Below, one piece after another: positions 48,685 through 64,000 of a DNA stretch of 64,000 nt. The stretch is from assembly GCF_009914755.1 (NCBI RefSeq), contig NC_060943.1. One strand, written 5' to 3'. The stretch comes from the human T2T-CHM13v2.0 reference genome, Homo sapiens. The position numbers and the translations under genes are program-made. Numbering within the stretch: position 1 is the first letter of the stretch; every line of letters begins with the position of its first letter. The notes under the pieces were generated by a model. It saw only the letters and a list, made by a program, of their open reading frames with translations, did not search any database and was not told the origin of the DNA.

Positions 48685-49812
48685 AGAAAAGGGCTACCTG
48701 CGGGGCAGGCATGTCCACCATGAAAGCTCAATCTTCCCTTTTTTGTTAGCAAGTATACAGTAAGAAAGAAATGGATAACATTGTGCAGCTCAGGCTGAAA
48801 ACCCACCTGCATAATAAGACTGGGGTGGGGGCTGCCAGAAATTCATGCCCTGTGCAAATGGAACACCTGGTCCTAACCAGTTTCTTACACCCTATGTAGA
48901 GCAGGTACTGCCTCCCCACCAGCTCATCTATAAAAACCCCTGCATTTCACCATGGACCAGCAACCTATTTTTCTGGGACCCCCTCTCTGTAACAGACAGC
49001 TATTCTCTCTCTTTTGCCTATTAAACTTCTGCTGTCAACCTCACTCTTTTCTTTCCCCCCAGGGGAAAGTGTAAACGCAGTCACCCACTACCACAAATTA
49101 TGCAGTAACCTCACTCTTTGTGTGTCCGTGTCCCAGTTCTCCATGGCCGTGAGACAACAAACCTCAGGTGTCACCTCAGAAATGAGGCCATTTCACAACT
49201 TCATCTTGTACAGGAGCTGGGTAAAATAGGGCTGACACTTCCTGGGCTGCATTCCCAAGAGGTTAGGCATTCATAGTCACAGGATGAGATAGGAGGCCAG
49301 CACGAGATAGGAGGCCAGCACAAGATAGGAGGCAAGCACAGGTCACAAACACCTTGCTGATAAAATGAAATGTGGTAAAGAAGCCAGCCAAAACCGAGAT
49401 GGTGACAGGACTGACCTCTGGTAGTCCTCACTACTCTAATTATAACACATTATTAGCATGCTAAAAGACACTCCCACCAGCATCATTACAGTTTACAAAT
49501 GCCATGACAATGTCCACAAGTTATCCTATGTGGTCTAAAAAGGGGAAGAACCCTCAGTTCCAGGAAATCCCTGCCCCTTTCCTGAAATACTCATGAATGA
49601 CCCACACCTTGCTTAGCATATAATCAAAGAGTAACTGTAAATGTACTCAGCCGAGTAGCCCATGCCACTGCTGTGCCTATGGAGTAGCTACTCTTTATTC
49701 CTTTACGTTCTTAAAAAACTTGCTTTCACTTTATTCTATGAAAAAAATAGGCTGGGTGCAGTGGCTCATGCCTGTAATCCCAGGACTTTGGGAGGCTGAA
49801 GCAGGCGAATCA

Positions 49813-50110
<298 letters not shown>

Positions 50111-50137
50111 TCAACTACTCTAGTGAGGTCATAAGAC

Positions 50138-50335
50138 AAAAATAAAATAAATAAAAATATAAAATAATAAAATAGAAATAAATGTAAAATAAAATAAATA
50201 CAAATATAAAATAAATGTATAATAAAATAAATACAAATATAAAATAAATGTAAAATAAAATAAATACAAATATAAAATAAATGTAAAATAAAATAAAAAT
50301 GAATAAAGTAAATTAAAATAAAAATAAATTATTTT
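50138..50335. repeat. A-rich tandem repeat (AAAATAAATGTAAAAT...)
   Basis: Direct reading. Confidence 0.85.
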
Positions 50336-50852
50336 ATTTTATATGTTGAAATAAAAAGGTTTTATATGTTGAAATCCTAATGCCCAAGGTGATGGTATTA
50401 GGAGATGAGGCTTGGGTCAGTGATGAGATCATGAGGGAGGAGCTCTCATAATGGGATTGGTGCCCTCTTATAAAAGAGACCCCAGGGAGACCCTCATCCC
50501 TTCTGCCATGTAAGATCCATCCAGTGCACCGAGAACTGGGGTGCTTCAAAATGAGCAAGGATCGTGTTGGTTCTCAGAGCCAGATTTGGCTCCAGCCCCT
50601 TTAGCATTGGTCCTTTGCCTGCTGAGTTCCCTCAACCAGGCTTGCCTTTCCTTCTGTTCTGCACTCCCCACCCACTCCTGCTGGCTGGAACTCAGCTGAG
50701 CCTTCATAGCTGAACAACGAGTGAATGAATGAATGAACAATTGAAGACCCAGCTTCCTGCTTCAAGCAGGAAGTCACCCCCAGAACACTGGGCTTTCCCA
50801 TCTTCTGGCCCAGATAGCATCAGTCTTATCTCCTTTACTGACCATAAATTTC

Positions 50853-51820
50853 TGTGGGGAAAAGCAAGAGAGATCAGATTGTTACTGTGTCTGTGTAGAA
50901 AGAAGTAGACATAGGAGACTCCATTTTGTTATGTACTAAGAAAAATTCTTCTGCCTTGAGATTCTGTTAATCTATAACTTTACCCCCAACCCTGTGCTCT
51001 CTGAAACATGTGCTCTGTCAACTCAGAGTTAAATGGATTAAGGGCGGTGCAAGATGTGCTTTGTTAAACAGATGCTTGAAGGCAGCATGCTCCTTAAGAG
51101 TCATCACCACTCCCTAATCTCAAGTACCCAGGGACACAAAAACTGCGGAAGGCCGCAGGGACCTCTGCCTAGGAAAGCCAGGTATTGTCCAAGGTTTCTC
51201 CCCATGTGATAGTCTGAAATATGGCCTCGTGGGAAGGGAAAGACCTGACCGTCCCCCAGCCCGACACCCGTAAAGGGTCTGTGCTGAGGAGAATTAGTAA
51301 AAGAGGAAGGAATGCCTCTTGCAGTTGAGACAAGAGGAAGGCATCTGTCTCCTGCCTGTCCCTGGGCAATGGAATGTCTCGGTATAAAACCCGATTGTAT
51401 GCTCCATCTACTGAGATAGGGAAAAACCGCCTTAGGGCTGGAGGTGGGACCTGCGGGCAGCAATACTGCTTTGTAAAGCATTGAGATGTTTATGTGTATG
51501 CATATCTAAAAGCACAGCACTTAATCCTTTACATTGTCTATGATGCAAAGACCTTTGTTCACGTGTTTGTCTGCTGACCCTCTCCCCACAATTGTCTTGT
51601 GACCCTGACACATCCCCCTCTTCGAGAAACACCCACAGATGATCAATAAATACTAAGGGAACTCAGAGGCTGGCGGGATCCTCCATATGCTGAACGCTGG
51701 TTCCCCGGGTCCCCTTATTTCTTTCTCTATACTTTGTCTCTGTGTCTTTTTCTTTCCTAAGTCTCTCGTTCCACCTTACGAGAAACACCCACAGGTGTGG
51801 AGGGGCAACCCACCCCTACA
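50853..51820 (+). mobile_element. Solo LTR5_Hs (HERV-K HML-2)
   Basis: 968 bp, TGTGGGGAAAAGCAAGAGAG...CCACCCCTACA; TSD atttc. Confidence 0.95.
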
Positions 51821-52053
51821 ATTTCCCAAGCACAAACACGAGGCCTGACACATGTGGACGTCCCCCTCTGCGTCCCCCTCTTATTGAATTTATTTTCTGT
51901 GCCAGGGACTTTACACGCCATGTGTCACTGAGTGCTCACAATGACACAGTGAGGTAGAAGTTATCGTCATCCTTCCACAGAGGAAGAAAGAGGATCGTGT
52001 GCACAAAGTCACCTGCCCAAGACAGTTGGAAGGACAATGCAGGTGTAAGCCTA

Positions 52054-52387
<334 letters not shown>

Positions 52388-52699
52388 CTATAGGCTTATA
52401 TATAAGCCTATAGAATAGGACAGCTTCACTGTGTGCTTTTTTTGCAGTGTGAAAAACATGCTTTCATGAAGGGATTGACTAAGGGATGTGGAGCAGAGGA
52501 AGGAGGAATGAGGTGCGCCTGGGGGTAGGGGCACTTTTAGAAGAGGTCATAGTTAGGGGCCAGGGACGGGAGAGTGATCACCAGGAAAGAAAGGAAAGGG
52601 AGCTGCCTTTGCGGGCAGCCAGGAGGACTTGAGTGGGGCTTAGGAGGAAGGCAGCACTGGGATATTTGTTTGGCCGACCCATTCAACAGCTATTCCCAG

Positions 52700-53251
<552 letters not shown>

Positions 53252-53329
53252 TTAACGAACACTCCTGCCAGTTGGAACTCAGCTGAGCCTTCATAGTTGA
53301 ATGTTGAATGAAAGAATTAATGAATTAAT

Positions 53330-53850
53330 GAAGCCAGGCACTGTGCTGGGTGCTGGAGATGTGGCAGGGTGCAGGACCAAGTCCCTGCCCTTGAGGAACT
53401 GACGTCCAGCTGGGAGACAGCCAATGAACAAGGCAAATGGGTAAATTACAGGGTCTGTCTGAGGATGGTCAATGCCATGGAGAAGGCAGGAACGGGGAAG
53501 GGAGATGAGAAATGTTACAATGCTAGGAGGTTGGAGGAGGAGATGCTTGAGCAGACCTGGAGGAGGTGAGGGAAGAAGCCAGGGCAGATCCGGGAGAGGA
53601 CCATCTAGACGGGAGGGCGTCCCAGGGCAGAGGTCCACTTGGAGCTGGAGGGTAGCCTGGCTGTGTGAGGAACAGGGATAGAGGGTGTGGCTGGAGGAAA
53701 GTGAGTGAGGGGAGAGGGTAAAAAGAGAGGGCGGAGAACTGCAGGGCGGGAGGGGGCGGGTGTGGATTAGACAGTCACTGTGGACTTTGGCTTTGACTCA
53801 GCCTGAGACTGGAGCCTTTGAGCAGAGAAGGGGCGAGATATGATTTAGGC
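53330..53850 (-). mobile_element. L2 fragment
   Basis: gccaggcactgtgctgggtgctggagat... reverse L2 3' end. Confidence 0.7.
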
Positions 53851-53994
53851 TGTTTGTTTGTTTGCCTGTTTTTGAGATAGTGTCTCACTCTGTCACCCAG
53901 GCCGGAGTGTAGTGGCAGGATCACAGTATTGGCTCAAGCAGCTTCAACCTCCCAGACTCAGGTGATCCTCCCACCTCAGCCTGCCAGGTGTGCG

Positions 53995-54830
53995 CCTGTA
54001 GAAAATATCTGCAAATCATATTTTTTTTCTTTCTTTCTTTCGTTCTTTCTCTCTTTCTTTCTTCCTTTCTCTCTCTCTCTTTCTTTCTTCTTTCTCTTTC
54101 TTTTTCTTCCTATCTATCTCTCTCTTTCTTTCTTTACTTCTTTCCTTCTTTCTTTTTCTTTTGAGAAAGGGTCTTGCTCTGTCACCCAGGCTGGGGGGCA
54201 GTGGTGCAATCACAGCTCACTACAGCCTTAAACTCCTGGGCTCAAACAATCCTCCCACCTCAGCCTCCCGAGTAGCTGGGACCACAGGTGCGTGCTGCCC
54301 CATGCCTGGCTAATTTTTTAGATTTTTGTGAAGATGAGTTCTCACTACGTTGCTTAGGCTGGTCTCAAACTCCTGGGCTCAAGAAATTCTCCCAACTCAG
54401 CCCCACAAAGTGCTGGGATTACAGATGTGGGTCACCATGCCCAGCTGCACATCATATTTCTGATAAGAGATTGATATCCAGAATATATAGAAAACTTCCA
54501 GAATACAACTATTTTAAAAAAAATCCAATTTTTTTAATGGGCAAAAAGAACTTGAATAGACATTTCTCCAAAGAACATAATAAATGGCCAATAAGTACAT
54601 GAAAAGATACTGAACTATCCCTAATCATTAGCGGAAGACACATCTAAACTACAATGAGATATTGCCTCGCAGCTATTAGAATGGCTACCATCACAAAAAC
54701 GAAAATAACAAGGATTGGCAAGGATGTGGAGCAGCAAACAAGGAAACCTTGTGTGCTGTTGGTGGGAACGCAACCTAGTATGGCTGTTGTAGAAGACAGT
54801 ATGGTGGCTCCTCAAAAAATTAAAAATAGA
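53995..54830 (+). mobile_element. L1 ORF2 3' fragment with a reverse Alu and CT-rich tail (54020-54445)
   Basis: gaatagacatttctccaaagaa, ggcaaggatgtggag. Confidence 0.8.
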
Positions 54831-55658
54831 GGTTGGGTGTGGTGGCTCATGCCTGTAATCCCAGCACTTTGGGAGGCACTTTGAGAGAGAGAGGGACAAT
54901 GAGAGAGAGAGGTCCCTGAGGGGATTTGAACCTCTGGTTCTGGGTGTCTCTGTGCTCTCCTGTCTTGGAACTCATTTATAACAAATTTCCCTTTGTGTGT
55001 AAACTGCCTCAAGTTGGACTCCTGCCATATAGACCCAAAAGAACCTTAAGAGCTACACCTGCCCTGACAGGATGCATCCTGCATTCCTCCTCCCAGAGAG
55101 AGCATTTTGTCAAGACTAGCTTCAGCTGCAAGTAACAGAAAACCCCAAAATCAAATGGCCTCAACAAGATGGAAGTTTCTCTTTGACATAAATGGAGTCT
55201 GGAGGTAGAGAGTTCAGGGCAAATGTGGCAGTTTCATAATCCTGGGGACACAGCCTCCTTCAATTATTACTGGCCTGTCATCTTCAGTACATAACTTGGG
55301 GTCCAAGATGGCTGCCAGAGCTCCAGCCATCATATCCACATTCTGTTCAGTAGTGAAAGGATTAGGAACAAAAGCTATCTTTAAGGCCAGCTCCTAGTAG
55401 CCTCATATAACACTTCTACTTCTATCTATTGGCCAAAAGTCAGCCACATGGCCACACTTAGCTCCAGGGAACCTAGAGAATATATTTTTTGCTGGACTCC
55501 CATGCATCCATTTAAAAATCAGGGTATGTATTACCAAGGACATAGAGGATGTGGACATCAGAAGCATCTCTTCCAAAACCTTCTTCCTTCTGTAGAGATG
55601 GTGGGCATCCTAAACCTTCAGCCCCTGAGGGTCTCTAAACTGAAAAGTTTCCTGACAG

Positions 55659-55939
55659 ACATTTGGAGAACTGATTCCACCAAAAACTATCCACAGTGGG
55701 CCAGTGGATGTCACTAACCTGGAGCAGATGGCAACCTGGGGAACAGGCCCAAGGCCAAGCAGCCATTAATCGCCTTTTGGAGCCCAGCCAGAAGAAACTC
55801 TTGATAAGAATCCTAGCCCCAGCCAGGACAAGGTCCCTGCCCTGCCCAGCTGGGAGCCAATGTGAATCAACAATCCACTCTTCCTGTGTGGCAGCCAGAG
55901 GGAGTGTTTACCTGGTGATCTTCAGGAACTGTAAATGGG
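55659..55939 (+). pseudogene. Candidate decayed CEACAM/IgSF C2-type exon
   Basis: tttcctgacag|AC...G|GTGAGT, 281 nt, phase 1-1 if one base is restored; reads STKNYP, VGQWMSLTW, KKLLIRIL and GSVYLVIF. Confidence 0.35.
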
Positions 55940-58069
55940 GTGAGTTCCGATCTTCTTCACCTCCCCAACCCAGAGATGAAGGATCCAGTCTTGCACCCCC
56001 ATCTAGACGAGCCCTTATCTTACCATTGTCCTCACCCAAAATACACACCTCCACGACCAGGGGACACCATTCACACAGAGCACAATAAATGGCTCCCACC
56101 AAGGTGGGCAAGGCACTGGTCCTGATTCTGGTCCACAGCCACCTGGGATGAGAAGGGGATGTAAGAACTAGATTGAGTGGGGTATCCCCCGCTGTATCCA
56201 CTTCCAGAGAAGGGCAGGGCAAGGTGGAGCAGGATGAGATAGAACAATAACAATAGCTTCTATATATCATTCACACAAGATAGATTACTCTTGTTACAGC
56301 CCAAATGACAGGGTCATTGTAGACAAGCAACAGGAAGAATTTGGTGGCAAATGGCGGACAGTCTAGGAGAAGAGCAGAGGGCAACCTGGCCCAGGTAGCA
56401 CATAACTATTCTCTCAGGCATACCTGTTAGGGTCCTGACCAGCTCTCTAGATGAGTGAGAATTGGGAGTTGGGAGCAGAAACCGTTGGGTATTCTTTGGA
56501 CAGTTGGAGAAAAGGGAAAGAAGAATGGGCATGGGACCTTGTTCTGGCCAATGCCTAGTGAGAAGAAGTCTGCTGGGGGCTGATGGGAGAGATTTTATTG
56601 GATCTTGAAGAGAACTAGGAGCAGCAATTCCCCTTTTGTGTCTCTGGATGCGGCTGGCCACCATCTTGGACTGGGAGGGAAGTCACCATGAGAGGACAAC
56701 CTGTTGAGGCTGGGGTAGGAAGATGAAGAACCTGGATCTTTGGTGTTATTACTGAGCCATTGTATTAACCAACCGAGGAACTGCCCTTTCATTGGAATCC
56801 CTGCTACATAAGATAATACACGTCAGTGTTTTAAACCACTTTGAATTGAGTTATCCACTTTGTATGGCCAAAAGCATCCAAAGTCATGTTTGAGGGGCTG
56901 GTTTTCTCGTCTAAACACAGCCCCGGCTCAGTTAAGCATAGGATGGGATGAGGAACAGGAACACAGGAGGCAAGGAGGAATGTCCCTGAAAATGTTTGTA
57001 AATGTGGGGTCGACACCAAGAGGCAGAGGGGAAACTCAATTAAAACTTAAAGACTGCAAGTTGTCACCATTGTAGACGTCTCAGCTTTGCAAGAAGTCAA
57101 GAATTTTCCAAATGCCACTCTTCAAGAGACAATTGGGCAGATGTGGATATTATTCCAAGATATGGGAAAACCTAATGTCACCATTAACCTTTGAATGAGA
57201 TACAGCTGAAAGTGACAGATTCTTGAGTCCAAATGACTGGCCCAGATTCTCAGGCGTCCTAGCACAGCACAACCGAAGTTGGCACTTTTCTTTCCTACTT
57301 TGTTTATTCATCTTGGGGATGCAAAACGCTGCATGCATCATCTTCTATTTATTAGTAATCCTGTTACTCCTATTTCTTTCCCATGTTGTCACATTTTTAC
57401 CGTATTAGAGCTGCTGCTTTGTTCTCCTCTCAATACCAAAAAATGTGATTACAAGATTTTGCCTTGAAACTCTGGGCTGTTGTAACTCCTGGAAATAAAA
57501 ATCTCAGCAGCATAAAAAGGAGAAAATCATTCTCTCTTCTGCAACTATAGAAAAGCAGACACTCTTTCCCTCATAAAACCTTCCTTGTAAATGTGGTTCT
57601 CACAAAGGAGTCCTATAAGACACCCAGACTTCAGAGACTGCTCTTGCTGCATCCTGCAAGAGCCACCTCTAACTTCCCAAAGCTGGGCTGATTGTCTTCA
57701 TTTCTAATTTGTTATTCCTGGTAATGACACTCCTTTTTCCTAAAAAGTACAAAGAATTATGAGTTTTCATTGGCCATTCTCCCTTCCCCTACCCTCATAG
57801 AGCTAAAAAGACCACCCAGGACTCTGCTAGAAATTTTTATTAAAACATATAGATAATGTAATAGTCTTGTCTCATTTAAATGAATATTTTCCTTCATGCT
57901 GATATATGGATGGTGGCTGAAAACAGCAAGATGAGAAAATTGCTTTCATTTGGAATACTATTGCACTTGTGTTTCCTAAGATATTTCAGGGGTCAGTCTG
58001 GTGTTAGGACATTCATGTGCTTCTGATTTGATTGAAGATTGAATTAACTTAAATTCTTTTTTTTGTTGT

Positions 58070-58380
58070 TTTTTACTTTTTTTATTTTTTTAAAGACAGG
58101 GTCTCACTCTGTCTCCTGGGAATGGCTGGGACTGGAGTGCAGTGACAGGAACCGTAACTCACGGCAGCCCGGAACTCATGGGCTAAAGCAATCCTCCCAC
58201 CTCAGCCTCCTGGTAGCTGGAACTACAGGCACTAGCTAACTGCCTAGCTAACTTTTTAAAAAAATAGATGGAGTCTCACTATGTTGCCCAGGCTGGTCAG
58301 GAACTCCTGGCCTCAAGCAATCCTCCCACCTTGGCCTCCCAAAGCACTAGGATTACAGGTGTGAGCCCCTGCACCTGGCC
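58070..58380 (-). mobile_element. Alu (J-like)
   Basis: Reverse Alu. Confidence 0.85.
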
Positions 58381-58661
58381 TAATTCAATTTCTCAGAAGG
58401 CGAAGGGGACAGATCCATCCCTGGGAAAGACATCTGACTGTTCTATGATGGAAAAGAGAAAGGACTCTGACTCCATTAGTACCCCACGATGATCTGAAGC
58501 TGCGAAAGTGACCCATCAGAGGAGCTGCTGTCTCCACCATCACAGGCAGGTGGGGAATCAAAAAGCTGCTGCTGTTGCTGCTAACTGGAATTGTCGGCTC
58601 CAGACCTCTGCAGGGCTTGCTGAATTCACACAGGCAAGAGCCTCTCAAAACACACTGGTGA

Positions 58662-59340
58662 TGATACAGAAGATAGAAAGAAATTATTTAGGCAGATAGT
58701 AAGAGCAACAGAGTCCTTGGTGGAATTCCTCTTTAACAAAAAGCAGCCCCAAAATCATTTCTTTTCTAAACAAAGAGCAGCCTGAAAAATTGAGCTGCAG
58801 ACATAGATAAGCAAGCTGGAAGCTTGCATGGGTGAATGCTGGCAGCTGTGCCAATAGAAAAGGGCTACCTGGAAGCCAGGTATGTTCAACCTGGAGGCTC
58901 CATCTTCCCTTTTGTTTGTTACCACATGTGCGGTTAAAAAAAAAAAAGCAGGCAACATGGCACTGGCCAGGTAGACAACCCATCTGCATAATGAAGCTGG
59001 GTGGGGCAGCCAGCTTCTTTGCGCGCTATGCAAACGGCACACTTAGTCCTAACCAGTTCATCATGTGCTATGCAAATGGCACACCTGGTCCGACCAATCT
59101 TTCGTGTCCTATGTAAATCAGACACAGCCTCCTCAATCTCATCTATAAAACCTTCTGCATTTCACTGCCAAAGTGGCAACCTATTTTCTCCAGAACCCCT
59201 CTCTGTGCAGAGAGCTCTTCTCTTTCTTTCACCTATTAAACTTCCCCTCTTAATCTTACTCTGGTGGTCCATGTCCTAGTTTTCTGTGGCTGTGAGACAG
59301 CAAATCTCGGGTATTTACCCCAGGCAATGACACTGTTTCA
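58662..59340 (+). mobile_element. MER50-like solo LTR
   Basis: tgatacagaagatagaaagaaattatttaggcag...tttca; near-TSD gtga/gtgg. Confidence 0.8.
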
Positions 59341-59364
59341 GTGGTATCTCAAAAAAAATCTAAA

Positions 59365-60054
<690 letters not shown>

Positions 60055-60407
60055 AATGACATCCTTAGTCCTGGCCAGAAGTCAGAACCAACTGAGAGAG
60101 AGAGACAGATCAGCATGTCATCAGTATTTCCTAAGCAATACGCAATATCAGGGAATGTGGCCAAGCTGTGTAGCCCAATGGGTTTGTCATCACCTCCTTT
60201 GCTTCCTGTCGCCTCCAATCTAAATATCAACATAGGATGTAAGTTTGGATGCTGGTGATAGATTAAAAATAGCAATGGCTTAAATTCCATAGAAATGAAT
60301 TTCTCTCTCCTGTAACAGTCCTAGCTGGTATGCAGTTCTGCTTTGTGAGGGTATCATGAGTCTGTGCTCTTCCATCTTGTTCTCTGCTATCCCTATGATG
60401 CTGAGCT

Positions 60408-62029
<1,622 letters not shown>

Positions 62030-62902
62030 CGCTTGTTCCCAGGGCCCCTAGCGTGTCGCACACTTGTTCCCAGATCCCCCAGCATGTCCCCACTTCCACC
62101 TGAAGGTAGGGAAAACAAGAAAGGGAGAACTTTATTGAAGGGCATGACCCAGAAATGGCACACAACTCTTCTGTTCACATACCATTCACCAGAACATGCT
62201 CACGTGACTACAGCTGCTGCAAGGAAGGCTGGGAAATTTAGTCTTTATTCCAGGCAACCATTGGCCAAACTTAAACTCCTCTAACTATGAAAGGACTCGT
62301 AGATTGGGGAGGCACCACTAGCTTCTCTGCCATATATATTTACAACCCCAATAGTTGCTTCCTCTGCTAAGGCAGGTACATTATCACATAGTAGGAGGAA
62401 GCAGACCAAACTGTAGTCGTTCTGGAGACAGGTAAATCCAAAAATGGGAGGAGAGGATCTGAGCCAAGTAAGCTCATTTTCTTCTCCCAGACTCATCAAA
62501 CTCATAGCAGGGGACAAAAGCCAAAAGTTTTATTCCAACTTCAGATTTCTAACTGGGGCAGTATTAATATTTTAGCTGAGACAAGTTTCTGTTGTATGGG
62601 ACAGTCCCACCTATTATTGCAGGAGGTTTTGCCCAATAAATGTCACTACTGTTTCATCCTCAGGCATTGTGACAACCAAACTGTAGGAAGATGGGCTGGG
62701 CACAGTGGCTCATGCCTATAATCCCGGTGCTTTGGGAGGCTGAGGTGGGAGGATTACTTGAGGCCCTGAGTTCAAAACCAGCCTGAGCAACAAAATGAGA
62801 TCCCATCTCCACACACACACACAAAATCAAATTGTAGGAAGAGATTTCCAAAACCTCTAGGAGGGGCAGGGGATGCCTTCGACTGGGAAATATAGGGGCA
62901 TT

Positions 62903-63791
<889 letters not shown>

Positions 63792-64000
63792 TGTCCTTCT
63801 CATAGAGATGTGAGAAATGTAGGATTCCCTCACACAGGGCAGGAGAAATGATGACTGATGGTACAGGGACTCAAGGAGCCGGGAGAACAGGTCTTGACCT
63901 TGAATGTCAGTAAATTCATTGTCTGAGAATGGGAGGAAGGAAGTGAGACTGGCTCACAAGTTTATGGGTGGGGGCAGGAAATAAAATGTGTTCAGACCCA

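Larger units (their letters stand above)
47875..49195 (+). mobile_element. MER50-like LTR
   Basis: gaaattatttaggcagatagtgaggg; TSD caac. Confidence 0.8.

Overview
Primate, very probably human, genomic DNA: it carries AluY copies and a near-consensus 968-bp LTR5_Hs, and most of it is interspersed repeat. The only well-supported gene is an unprocessed CEACAM-family pseudogene on the minus strand. From family architecture and my recollection of the 19q13.3 locus it is most likely CEACAM22P. Six exons can be rebuilt with phase-1 junctions and typical CEACAM sizes: leader 28548-28611 (64 nt), IgV-like N 27031-27386, A1 5645-5923 (279), B1 3922-4176 (255), A2 1061-1339 (279) and B2 168-422 (255). 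The gene continues off the left edge. Lesions are few: N-exon acceptor AG>TG, a 1-bp deletion in N, Trp>Arg in A2 and a TAG in B2. The 21-kb N-A1 intron is filled by an old fragmented L1 plus a same-sense LTR12 that could act as a replacement promoter. The right half is an LTR graveyard with deeply nested insertions, including a polyadenylated MER41 fragment that appears L1-retrocopied and carries two perfect GAS motifs. It also holds several heavily decayed plus-strand Ig-domain and signal-peptide-like segments that may be relics of a second, unannotated IgSF gene; this is speculative. Repeat subfamily names come from recalled consensus sequences and most repeat boundaries are approximate.
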